DNA from: Erysipelotrichaceae bacterium MTC7
Lineage (GTDB): Bacteria > Bacillota_I > Bacilli_A > Erysipelotrichales > Erysipelotrichaceae
Assembly: GCA_001695645.1 (NCBI GenBank)
Contig: LVZN01000023.1
Location: 30,001-62,000, forward strand
Direction of reading: 5' to 3'
DNA: 32,000 nt
Shown here piece after piece: positions 24,530 to 32,000 of this stretch; position 1 is the first letter of the stretch, and each line of letters begins with the position of its first letter. The notes below the pieces were generated by a model that saw nothing but the letters and a program-made list of their open reading frames with translations, was not told the origin of the DNA and ran no database searches. The position numbers were made by a program, and so were the translations under genes.

Positions 24530-26038
24530 TCATACACTGGAAATATCTTTGTATTCTTTTGGGGTTACACCGGTTACTTTCTTAAATACCTTTGTGAAGT
24601 AGTTTTGACTTTGAAAGCCTAGATCCAACGCAATCTCTTTAATCTTCTTATTTTCATTTAACATCTCTTTTGATTTTTCAATGCGTAATTCGGTAACGAT
24701 TTCCGTAAAGGTTTTGTGCATTTGTGTACTTAATAATTTGCTTAAATAAAACGGTGTCACATCCAAATAGGCTGCAACTTGATTGAGCGTAATTGCTCGT
24801 GTATAGTGCAACGAAATATAAGCAAGTGCCTTACGCACAAGGCTGTGCGTTGATGGCTCATCTTGCATCGTAAAAAACAAACGTTCCACAAAAGCATGAA
24901 GCTGCTCATGCAAGTTTGCATGAACACTTCCTTCTTGAAAAGCAACCATGTCTACCAACGATTCAGGTTTTAACTTTGCTTTAAACTCTTTATTGATGGA
25001 TGCAATCAACTGCATTTGAAACTCACGAACCAAACGCGTGAGTTGCTTTCCATCCACATACATGATTTGCATCAGAAATAAGTCCAGCTTTTCTTTGATT
25101 GCCTTTGTATCCAACTTGATAAAATCACGAACCAGTAAGTTACAAAGTTGCAAAATTTCATAGTCTTCACGAATGTTACTTGCATCATGGACCTTACGAG
25201 TCAATATTCTGGATGCACCCATCGTTTTTGTTGCATGTAAAAACGAATGATGATAATCATGAATGTTACTACTGATATCACCAATACCGATACATTCCCA
25301 GATCGTAAAATACTTGTCAATCAGCGCTTGTAGTTGCAACACTTCGCGTTGTGATATGCTTGCAACACTTAAAACAAACACAATCAAGTGCCCATAATAA
25401 TTGTCTTTCATGCAATAGTAACCCAATTCTTCTGCTTCCCTACTAAACTTTTGCAATATGACTTTCATACCATCCACCTGTTTGGCAACAATGGCAAATC
25501 CATCTTTTGGAATAATGTTTAGTAGATCAAACATCTGCTTGAGTTCATCACTTGACTTGTTTTCAATAATTCCTTGAATGCAGTCACTTTCCAAAATTGG
25601 TTTCATAGCTTCCATCTTTAAGATCAGTTGGTTTCTTTGTTTTTCATGACTGACTTTACTACTTAAATTATCCAAGGCTTGTTGGATACTATTTGCCAAG
25701 TGATCATCTTGGATTGGCTTAAGCAAAAAGTTTTCTACACCAAGTTTGATTGCTTCATGTGCATATTCAAAATAGTTATAGGACGTTAAAACCAAACAAA
25801 CCGTCTTTGGCTGTTGTTCTTTTATCTTGGCAATTAACTGTAAACCATCCATCCCTGGCATATTAATATCGGTTAAGACGATTTCCGGTTTGTATTTACT
25901 AAACAGCTTCCACCCTTCCATTCCATTTGCTGCATGGAGCACACTTACGCTATGCGAAAAGCGTTTTTTTATTACTTCGACAATCGCTTTTCGTTCGATT
26001 TGCTCATCCTCAATTATCAATAAACGAAACATAGTCAT
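24530..26038 (-). CDS. YesN-type response regulator with C-terminal AraC-family HTH
   Basis: The receiver domain includes LLIIEDEQIERKAI and TDINMPGMDG. The C-terminal AraC HTH includes LNQVAAYLDVTPFYLSKL and FQSQNYFTKVFKKVTGVTPKEY. The gene overlaps the HK 3' end by 29 nt. Confidence 0.92.
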   Translation of the reverse strand: MTMFRLLIIEDEQIERKAIVEVIKKRFSHSVSVLHAANGMEGWKLFSKYKPEIVLTDINMPGMDGLQLIAKIKEQQPKTVCLVLTSYNYFEYAHEAIKLGVENFLLKPIQDDHLANSIQQALDNLSSKVSHEKQRNQLILKMEAMKPILESDCIQGIIENKSSDELKQMFDLLNIIPKDGFAIVAKQVDGMKVILQKFSREAEELGYYCMKDNYYGHLIVFVLSVASISQREVLQLQALIDKYFTIWECIGIGDISSNIHDYHHSFLHATKTMGASRILTRKVHDASNIREDYEILQLCNLLVRDFIKLDTKAIKEKLDLFLMQIMYVDGKQLTRLVREFQMQLIASINKEFKAKLKPESLVDMVAFQEGSVHANLHEQLHAFVERLFFTMQDEPSTHSLVRKALAYISLHYTRAITLNQVAAYLDVTPFYLSKLLSTQMHKTFTEIVTELRIEKSKEMLNENKKIKEIALDLGFQSQNYFTKVFKKVTGVTPKEYKDISSV

Positions 26039-27500
26039 TCTCTTCTACCTCAATTTCTATACAAACTTCAAATCCACAATCCGGATAACTTTGAAATGAC
26101 ACACTTGCCCCTTTTCCATAAAACTTTTTGACCCTTTGAATAACATTGTATAACCCCAGTCCGCTTTTGCTGTGATTTGTTTTAAAATCTTGGATCACTT
26201 GCTCTTCCAGTTGTAAGCTTTCCATACCGATGCCATTGTCACTGACACAAATGCATAACGCATCTTGATAGGAGACCTTAATGAGTATTTCCCCATCTTT
26301 TGTGGTGTCTTTAAGTCCATGGATTACCGCATTTTCCACAAGTGGTTGAATCAGCAAACCTGGTATTGGGATGTTTGGCACAAATTCATCCACTTCAAAA
26401 AGAAAACGAATCCGATTACCAAAACGCTTCTCTTGAATATAGATATAACTTTGAATGGACTCTAATTCTCCTTTCAAATCCGACATGTGATTGGCTTTAT
26501 CCAAGCCATAACGTAAAACCTCGCTTGTTTTCGAAACAATGTCACTGGTCACGAATGCTTCTTCCCTTTGTGCACTCTTATAAATGATATTCATCGTGTT
26601 AAACAAAAAATGCGGATTGATTTGATTTTGCAACATTCGCAGTTCACTTTGTGCCAACAATTCATCTTTTTTAAGGTTTTCTTTTTCCTGTTCAAACAGT
26701 TGATGTTGCAACCATACCTTTTCCTGTTCATTTTGAATGTTTTGTTTGACTTTACTTGCCATATCTTCCAAAGCTAGACATAAGGTGTCAATCTCCACAA
26801 AGCGATTGTTAATCTTCGAAAGATCATAATCTCCTTCTTTTATCGAATTGATATGTTCGATGATGGTTGCAATCGGTGTGGTAATAAAACGCACAGAGCG
26901 TCTTGCATATTGTAGTAACACAACAATTACCACCCCTGCAATACATAAGGCAAATCCTAGTAAGTAACGCTCACTAATTTTGATGTTTTTTAAATGCAAG
27001 ACAACTTGGTTATCCACGATGTTGTAGTATTTGGTAAACGTTGAGCGAATCAATTCGTATTCTTCACTAAATTGTTGATAAACCGCTTGGTCGCTTGCCT
27101 GTCGTGACTGCATGGTTTCAAAACTAGCCTTTGCAGAACTTTCATGCATGTCCAGCATATGGTCCAGCAGTTCAAATTTCCACTTGGTTTGTTCATCTGC
27201 TTGTTCATATAAGCGAGTGGCATACATTCTTGATTCCTCGATGGTTGTATTGTATGTGTTTAACTCATTGACGCTTCCAGAATACAAATAGCTTCTCGCA
27301 TTTTGATTGGACTGTTCCAAGGTTGAATAAAAACCACTTAAGTTACTATACATATGCAACGTTCTTTCATACATACTAACTTCCGTACGGTTAAAGAAAA
27401 ATGCTAACAGAACCAAAAGCGTAAAAATAAAAACTAAAATCAGATGCAACTTTGTGATGGAGCGATTAAAGCTCATTTTATTATTATTGTTGAACATCAT
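26010..27500 (-). CDS. YesM/LytS-type sensor histidine kinase (two TM, HAMP, His_kinase, HATPase)
   Basis: The QINPHFLFNTMNII motif is typical of the LytS/YesM His-kinase domain. ENAVIHGL, DNGIGM and GLGLYNV are also present. Two TM helices bracket a roughly 150-aa extracytoplasmic region. AAGGA lies 5 nt before ATG 27500. The tracked start at 27515 and ATG 27476 are alternatives. Confidence 0.9.
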   Translation of the reverse strand: MMFNNNNKMSFNRSITKLHLILVFIFTLLVLLAFFFNRTEVSMYERTLHMYSNLSGFYSTLEQSNQNARSYLYSGSVNELNTYNTTIEESRMYATRLYEQADEQTKWKFELLDHMLDMHESSAKASFETMQSRQASDQAVYQQFSEEYELIRSTFTKYYNIVDNQVVLHLKNIKISERYLLGFALCIAGVVIVVLLQYARRSVRFITTPIATIIEHINSIKEGDYDLSKINNRFVEIDTLCLALEDMASKVKQNIQNEQEKVWLQHQLFEQEKENLKKDELLAQSELRMLQNQINPHFLFNTMNIIYKSAQREEAFVTSDIVSKTSEVLRYGLDKANHMSDLKGELESIQSYIYIQEKRFGNRIRFLFEVDEFVPNIPIPGLLIQPLVENAVIHGLKDTTKDGEILIKVSYQDALCICVSDNGIGMESLQLEEQVIQDFKTNHSKSGLGLYNVIQRVKKFYGKGASVSFQSYPDCGFEVCIEIEVEENDYVSFIDN

Positions 27501-28428
27501 TGAGTTCCTTTGCATAACTTTGATAGTTGTTTTTATTTACCATCAACAATTTGATGCTATTGATTTCTTGCGTGGGAAGTTTTCCATACCGTTGATAGTC
27601 GTACAGTTGTTGCACCGCTTTGTAGCCATACTCATAAAATGAAGTAACCACACTTCCATCAATTAAACCATCTTTGATTCCTTGGATGGTTTGTGGCATA
27701 TCATCCACTCCATAGATGCGCAACGTATCTTTCATTTGCAATGCTTTGGCAACCTCGCCACAGGATACTGCTGACTCACCTGCAAAGTTAATGGCTACAT
27801 TAATATTGACCGTTTCCAAAACTTCCTGCCACGCTTTTTTGGCACGTAACGATTCCGACTTTGATTCGCTTATGCTTTGAATGACAAAACCACCAGGGTG
27901 AGTTGCAAACACGCGCTCAATCTCTTCTATTTGTTTTTGGGCAATATCAAAATCCTTTTCGGCAACTTGGATACCAAGTTTCAAAAAGGTTTGTTTGCCT
28001 AAATGTTCTTCAATGTCAGCTAGTAGCATGTTTGCTTGTTCATTAAAATCCTTACCAAAAAAAGACATACGTGAAGACTGGCTTTGATCTGCATCAACAA
28101 AAACGACAGGAACCTTGTGCTGTTTGGCATACATAAGTGCTTGCTTACCGACTACGCCTTGCGTGATAATGCCATCAACACCTTGTAATACCCCCACTTT
28201 CATCGTGTCTTCCATCGCCTTGATGTCAATCGCCGATGGTCCAACCCATTCACAATTTACAGACAGTGCTTGACAAGCATCTTGAAAACCAACCTTTGCC
28301 CCTAGCCACACTTCATGATTTTCAAGCGGTGTTGCAAACATGAAGTAATACTTGTCCTTTTTACTTTGACTTTGTTGTGGCGTACAAGACGCCAAAAAAA
28401 GTATGACAAAAATAACAATCTTTTTCAT
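27484..28428 (-). CDS. Sugar-binding lipoprotein (periplasmic-binding-protein type I, RbsB/XylF-like)
   Basis: GGAGG lies 5 nt before ATG 28428. The lipobox reads FLASC. PBP type I features include VDGIITQGV and VPVVFVDAD. Confidence 0.88.
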   Translation of the reverse strand: MKKIVIFVILFLASCTPQQSQSKKDKYYFMFATPLENHEVWLGAKVGFQDACQALSVNCEWVGPSAIDIKAMEDTMKVGVLQGVDGIITQGVVGKQALMYAKQHKVPVVFVDADQSQSSRMSFFGKDFNEQANMLLADIEEHLGKQTFLKLGIQVAEKDFDIAQKQIEEIERVFATHPGGFVIQSISESKSESLRAKKAWQEVLETVNINVAINFAGESAVSCGEVAKALQMKDTLRIYGVDDMPQTIQGIKDGLIDGSVVTSFYEYGYKAVQQLYDYQRYGKLPTQEINSIKLLMVNKNNYQSYAKELNDVQQ

Positions 28429-28585
28429 ATAATCCTCCAACTATTTTTGACACACATACTTCTTTACACACATGATTGAGTTAATTCTTACAAAATATAA
28501 CCTACTAGCTATCTTAAAATCAAGAAACTTTTGTGCAAACTTTTTGTACAAATTAGTATCCGATACACCCACCAACTTCCTAGCG

Positions 28586-28622
28586 CATAAAAAAAAGGAC
28601 CATCTTTTACGATTATCCTTTT
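28586..28622 (-). terminator. Weak Rho-independent terminator downstream of the DUF488 gene
   Basis: AAAAGGA (28593-28599) pairs with TCCTTTT (28616-28622), with a 16-nt loop. A run of about 8 T follows on the minus strand. Confidence 0.4.
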
Positions 28623-28664
28623 GTTATTACTTGCATGAATGCTGTAAAAATGATGTCTGATTTG

Positions 28665-29027
28665 TTATAAACCAAGCTGACTTTCTAAAAAACTATGTAA
28701 CACCACTGCTTCATTGTGTGCTTCATCTTTTGCGCCGTACAGTAGTGTTACGGTTCCTTTTGCTACGTGTTCCTTTATGATGGATAGAAACGTTTGCGTG
28801 TAAGGGTTATGTTTTAGTTCATCAAGATAGGCTTGTTGAAAATATGGCCATTTATCATCTTCATGATTGAATGCCTTACGTAGCGTGTTTGTTGGGGCAA
28901 TGTCTTTTGCCCACATGAATAAGTTTGCTTTTTCTTTTGACACACCCCTTGGCCACAAACGGTCGACTAAAATCCTTGTTCCATCATTTTTGTCTGCTGG
29001 TGCATATATACGTTTTATTTGAATCAT
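28665..29027 (-). CDS. DUF488 family protein (YeaO-like)
   Basis: MIQIKRIYAPADKNDGTRILVDRLWPRGVSKEKA...APTNTLRKAF...TLLYGAKDEAHNEAVVL aligns by eye along its full length with E. coli YeaO. GGAGG lies 6 nt before ATG 29027. Confidence 0.85.
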   Translation of the reverse strand: MIQIKRIYAPADKNDGTRILVDRLWPRGVSKEKANLFMWAKDIAPTNTLRKAFNHEDDKWPYFQQAYLDELKHNPYTQTFLSIIKEHVAKGTVTLLYGAKDEAHNEAVVLHSFLESQLGL

Positions 29028-29134
29028 AAGTACCTCCATTACATTAAGTATACGCTAGATTTTGCAGATTACATGTAAATGACTGGTTTTATCAATATCA
29101 CTTTGTAAATTTTTTATACACAGCACACACAAAC

Positions 29135-29177
29135 AAAAGGATATGCTGCACATACGTGATGCGCTACATATCCTTTT
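29135..29177 (-). terminator. Terminator-like hairpin downstream of sigma-fusion paralog 2
   Basis: AAAAGGATATG (29135-29145) pairs with CATATCCTTTT (29167-29177), an 11-bp stem with a 21-nt loop. It is followed by GTTTGTGTGTG on the minus strand. Confidence 0.5.
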
Positions 29178-29363
29178 GCTTTAGGAAAGCAATCTTTGCT
29201 TACAGGGTCGCAAAAATTACCATCCAACTTCAATTTATGTGTGACAGAAGTTGGAAAGGCTTACTTCTTTATCCTTGAAGAAGCATCCCTTCATTATTAA
29301 GACGAAAGGTGTACCAAAAAGGTTCAAAAAACTTTATCAAATTTACAGACAATTTCTTAAAAC

Positions 29364-30683
29364 TTACGACTCCCCATCTTTTAACTTTAAAGTCAACGGG
29401 TTTCTTGCATAGTCATAGATTCGCAAAGTACCAGTTTTATGGTAATCGCAAGTAATTGTGATTAGATTTGCCGCTGGATCAATTGTTATGTTTGGGATTT
29501 GCACATTGCCATCCTCTTCATATTCCATACTTTCGTAGTCAATTTGTGACAAATCATCTTCTAAAGTAATGGTATAGGTTGTTCCAGAGATGTCATACCG
29601 CGAAACTTGGGGACTTACAAGATCAATATTGGTAATGTCGACTCTTCGCTCATCTACTTGTTTTCCTTCATAGTTCAAGCTCACAAGATAACTTCCATTT
29701 TGCGAAATGGTTAAGGAAGGTGAACCGTTAACTAAGATTTCATCATAATGTTCATTGGATGTTGAAACTTGAAGTTCAAAAGCCTCGTTAGTCCATGCTT
29801 CAGGGTATGTAATTGCTGTTATTTTTGCGGCCTCTTCCACTTGGGTTACTGGTCGTGAGATGACTGGTTGTTGCTTAACTGGAGTGTCATCTTGTTGTTG
29901 GTTGTAAACCAAGCCACCAACCAACCCAGCCACCCCAATTGAGGAAGCAATCCATATTTTTGTTGTCGTTGCTACTTTTGCACCAGTTGTAGATGTTTGT
30001 GAAACCACAGCGTTAAGTGCACCCCCAAAAACTAGCGGTTTAGTAAACTGAATTTGTGATAAACCTTCCGCATACGCCAGTTTGAACAGCATCGGTGATA
30101 AAACAAAACTCGGTACAGTTTTGGCAGAAATCCCTTGAGTTTCAAGTGTTTCTCTAAGTTTTTCTTTCATATGGTATAAACGCGAATGCACCGTTCCTTC
30201 TGGGATTTGTAAAATGTCTGCAATCTCACTAACCGAAAGTTCATCATAATAACGCAAGATACCCACTGTGCGAAGTGGTGTTTTCAAGGTTTGCATACTT
30301 TCATAGATCGTTTTCTGCAACTCTTTATTTTCCAATATCGCCTTTGCATCTTTTTGCTTTAGATCTTCAAATTGCTCAATTGAGTAGTCATCACCAAGAT
30401 CTACTACTTGTTCTTTTTTCTTATCATAGTCGTTACAAACGTTGTAGGTGATGCGCATCAACCATGTGTAAAACGCACTTGCATTATCAAGTTTTTCAAT
30501 ATTCTTATACACTCTTAGAAACACTTCCTGCACAATATCTCTTGCTAGACTTTCATTGTGAAAATAGTTCATCGCCTTAAAGTATACGTTGTTTACATAC
30601 GCATAATATAACTCTTCAAACGCATGCGAATCACCCTTTTTTACTAAAGTGATTAACTGCGTCAACTTCTCTTTATCTTTCAT
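29364..30683 (-). CDS. Sigma-70 family (ECF-like) sigma factor fused to a TM helix and a roughly 180-aa extracytoplasmic domain (paralog 2)
   Basis: Region 2 reads ARDIVQEVFLRVY...FYTWLMRITYN. The region 4 HTH reads LSVSEIADILQIPEGTVHSRLYHMKEKL. The TM helix is IWIASSIGVAGLVGGLVY (nt about 29904-29960). The C-terminal domain is homologous to that of 16382-17719. ATG 30683 has better SD spacing than ATG 30692. Confidence 0.85.
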   Translation of the reverse strand: MKDKEKLTQLITLVKKGDSHAFEELYYAYVNNVYFKAMNYFHNESLARDIVQEVFLRVYKNIEKLDNASAFYTWLMRITYNVCNDYDKKKEQVVDLGDDYSIEQFEDLKQKDAKAILENKELQKTIYESMQTLKTPLRTVGILRYYDELSVSEIADILQIPEGTVHSRLYHMKEKLRETLETQGISAKTVPSFVLSPMLFKLAYAEGLSQIQFTKPLVFGGALNAVVSQTSTTGAKVATTTKIWIASSIGVAGLVGGLVYNQQQDDTPVKQQPVISRPVTQVEEAAKITAITYPEAWTNEAFELQVSTSNEHYDEILVNGSPSLTISQNGSYLVSLNYEGKQVDERRVDITNIDLVSPQVSRYDISGTTYTITLEDDLSQIDYESMEYEEDGNVQIPNITIDPAANLITITCDYHKTGTLRIYDYARNPLTLKLKDGES

Positions 30684-30789
30684 GTCACACATTCCTTTTT
30701 TTCTAATTCTAACCTGAATTCATCACACTTTAAATTGCTCTTTGTACTTCGTTGGTTTGCTATGTAGCAAGCAACTACTAAGAGTGGAT

Positions 30790-30818
30790 AAAGCTAGTAA
30801 TAGGATATCACTAGCTTT
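30790..30818 (-). terminator. Hairpin between the Cna-B-type surface protein gene and the sigma-fusion gene
   Basis: AAAGCTAGT (30790-30798) pairs perfectly with ACTAGCTTT (30810-30818), a 9-bp stem with an 11-nt loop. It starts 12 nt past the stop codon. The U-tract on the minus strand is weak. Confidence 0.5.
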
Positions 30819-30829
30819 TTCATTATCTT

Positions 30830-32000
30830 CTATTGTTCTTTTCTTCTTTTCTTATAGGCAATGCAACAAACCACAATGGCACTTAACACAGCGTATATTA
30901 ATAGAGTATTTACTGGATTGTTGTCCCCTGTTTTTATACTTGGTAAAGCTTCCAATTCTTTACTCACTGCAGTTTGCGGTAGTTGACGAAACGGTTCATC
31001 CTTCGATTCTTCTTTTGGATCTCCCTTTGGATCATCCTTTGGTTCCTCTTTAGGTTCCTCTGTTGGCACTTCAACTATTTTCTCATTATAAGCTTTGACG
31101 ATAATTGTTTGCGTGGTTTGTGCATCAATTGTAAATTCAAGTTTTTCTGTTGATAACGTGTACCCGTTTGGTGCTTTTGTTTCTACAAAATAGTACGATC
31201 CTTCTTGTAACTTTTCAACTGTTATTTCACCATACATGTCAGTCACATAAGCAACATCATTGAGCTTGATATCATCTTGACCAGTTGCGACTTTGTATAA
31301 ATCAAAGTGTGCATCATCCAATGTTACAGTGTCATTTCTTCCTTCTTCATATTTGATAAGTTTCACATCTACTGTGTTTAACTTTCTGTTATACACGTTG
31401 GTAACAATGGACGCTTGCCCATAGTTTTGAATCACAACTTCAAATACATGCGTTTGACTATCTGGGCTTGCATCCAGTTCATATATGGCATCTTCTACGG
31501 TATATCCGTCTGCTGCTTTCAGTTCTTTCCAATAATAATATCCTGCATCCAAGCCACCAACTTTAGCGGTTCCCCATGGATTTGTGATAACTTCTTTAAC
31601 TAACGTATCATTTTTCGAAGGTGTTGTACCATCTGCAACTTTATATAAACCAAATGTAGATTCTGCAATGGTTTGTTTTACATCTTCATCTTTTGTTGCT
31701 AGATCATATTTCTTAACAGTTGCACTACCCTTAGCATCGCCAACGATAGTACCGCTATACGTACTAAATACAACTTTCTTTTCATCAGATGCTACTGTAC
31801 CATTTTTCCAATACATATTTGCTTGGTTTGTAACATTTTCGCCTTCCATCATTCCATCAGCAAAACTTGTTTTCAACTTAATGGTATATGCAGGAATCAC
31901 ATAACCTACTTTTGCAAATTCCGTGTCTAAATACTTGGCTTGTTCTTTTGTAAATATTTCTTCATCTTCCTTAACACCATCAACTTCAACTTCTCTTGTT
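30830..32000 (-). CDS. Cell-wall-anchored Cna-B/SpaA (prealbumin-fold) repeat surface protein, C-terminal part (ORF is open to the right edge)
   Basis: The tracked GTG at 31900 is internal. I translated 31901-31999 in frame (..TREVEVDGVKEDEEIFTKEQAKYLDTEFAKVGY-VIPAYT..) and found no stop. Cna-B-like units include FGLYK...GYYYWKELKAADGYT and FDLYK...GSYYFVETKAPNGYTL. A PKEEPKDDPK linker follows. The C-terminus reads SIKTGD, then a hydrophobic helix, then KKRRKEQ. Confidence 0.85.
   Translation of the reverse strand, partial: TREVEVDGVKEDEEIFTKEQAKYLDTEFAKVGYVIPAYTIKLKTSFADGMMEGENVTNQANMYWKNGTVASDEKKVVFSTYSGTIVGDAKGSATVKKYDLATKDEDVKQTIAESTFGLYKVADGTTPSKNDTLVKEVITNPWGTAKVGGLDAGYYYWKELKAADGYTVEDAIYELDASPDSQTHVFEVVIQNYGQASIVTNVYNRKLNTVDVKLIKYEEGRNDTVTLDDAHFDLYKVATGQDDIKLNDVAYVTDMYGEITVEKLQEGSYYFVETKAPNGYTLSTEKLEFTIDAQTTQTIIVKAYNEKIVEVPTEEPKEEPKDDPKGDPKEESKDEPFRQLPQTAVSKELEALPSIKTGDNNPVNTLLIYAVLSAIVVCCIAYKKRRKEQ

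Noticed and set aside
29181-29363. About 180 nt after the sigma-fusion stop with several hairpins (CCAACTTC/GAAGTTGG, CTTCTT/AAGAAG), considered as a riboswitch or sRNA
   Set aside because: It lies in a 3' position between a stop codon and the terminator hairpin. I recognise no conserved riboswitch core, and the 19-aa ORF inside lacks an SD. Only transcriptomics or Rfam could upgrade it.
30968-30982. LPQTA in the Cna-B-type protein as the true (LPXTA-type) sorting motif
   Set aside because: It lies about 25 residues before the hydrophobic helix, much further than usual. SIKTGD sits at the normal distance and matches the TGD motif of the other three surface proteins. It cannot be fully excluded without experiment.
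1-32000. Mobile element, prophage, genomic-island borders or RNA genes
   Set aside because: There is no transposase, integrase or recombinase ORF, no long terminal inverted or direct repeats, and no tRNA- or rRNA-like sequence in the intergenic regions I read.

Overview
AT-rich, low-GC Firmicute-style chromosomal window with AGGAGG-type Shine-Dalgarno sites, some GTG/TTG starts and wall-anchored surface proteins. Two genes at the left edge are on the + strand. Every gene from 1465 to 32000 is on the - strand. Content from left to right: (1) A partial Crp/Fnr regulator, divergent from a 4Fe-4S protein and a probably frameshifted cupin gene. (2) A P2-type cation ATPase. (3) A BspA-type LRR wall-anchored adhesin. 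(4) A complete Bce-type peptide-antibiotic module, in transcription order: OmpR-type RR, intramembrane-sensing HK, two tiny ORFs, terminator, RR-type direct repeats, ABC ATPase, 10-TM FtsX permease. (5) A stand-alone 886-aa DEAH SF2 helicase with a predicted membrane hairpin and an unassigned C-terminal domain. (6) A second LRR adhesin paralog, preceded by a single-polypeptide sigma70(ECF-like)-TM-extracytoplasmic domain protein. (7) A sugar-binding lipoprotein, a YesM-type HK and a YesN-type AraC RR, directly upstream of a roughly 2018-codon GH89 alpha-N-acetylglucosaminidase. That gene carries CBM32 and FIVAR repeats and is split by one in-frame TAA. (8) A DUF488 (YeaO-like) gene. (9) A second sigma-TM-sensor fusion paralog, next to a partial Cna-B/SpaA-type wall protein. 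I found no rRNA, tRNA, CRISPR, transposase or integrase. The candidates I consider most novel are the membrane-hairpin helicase, the duplicated fused sigma/TM/sensor proteins paired with adhesin genes, and the non-canonical x-x-[K/P/N]-T-G-D sorting signal shared by all four surface proteins. All family assignments come from motif recognition by eye; no database search was possible.
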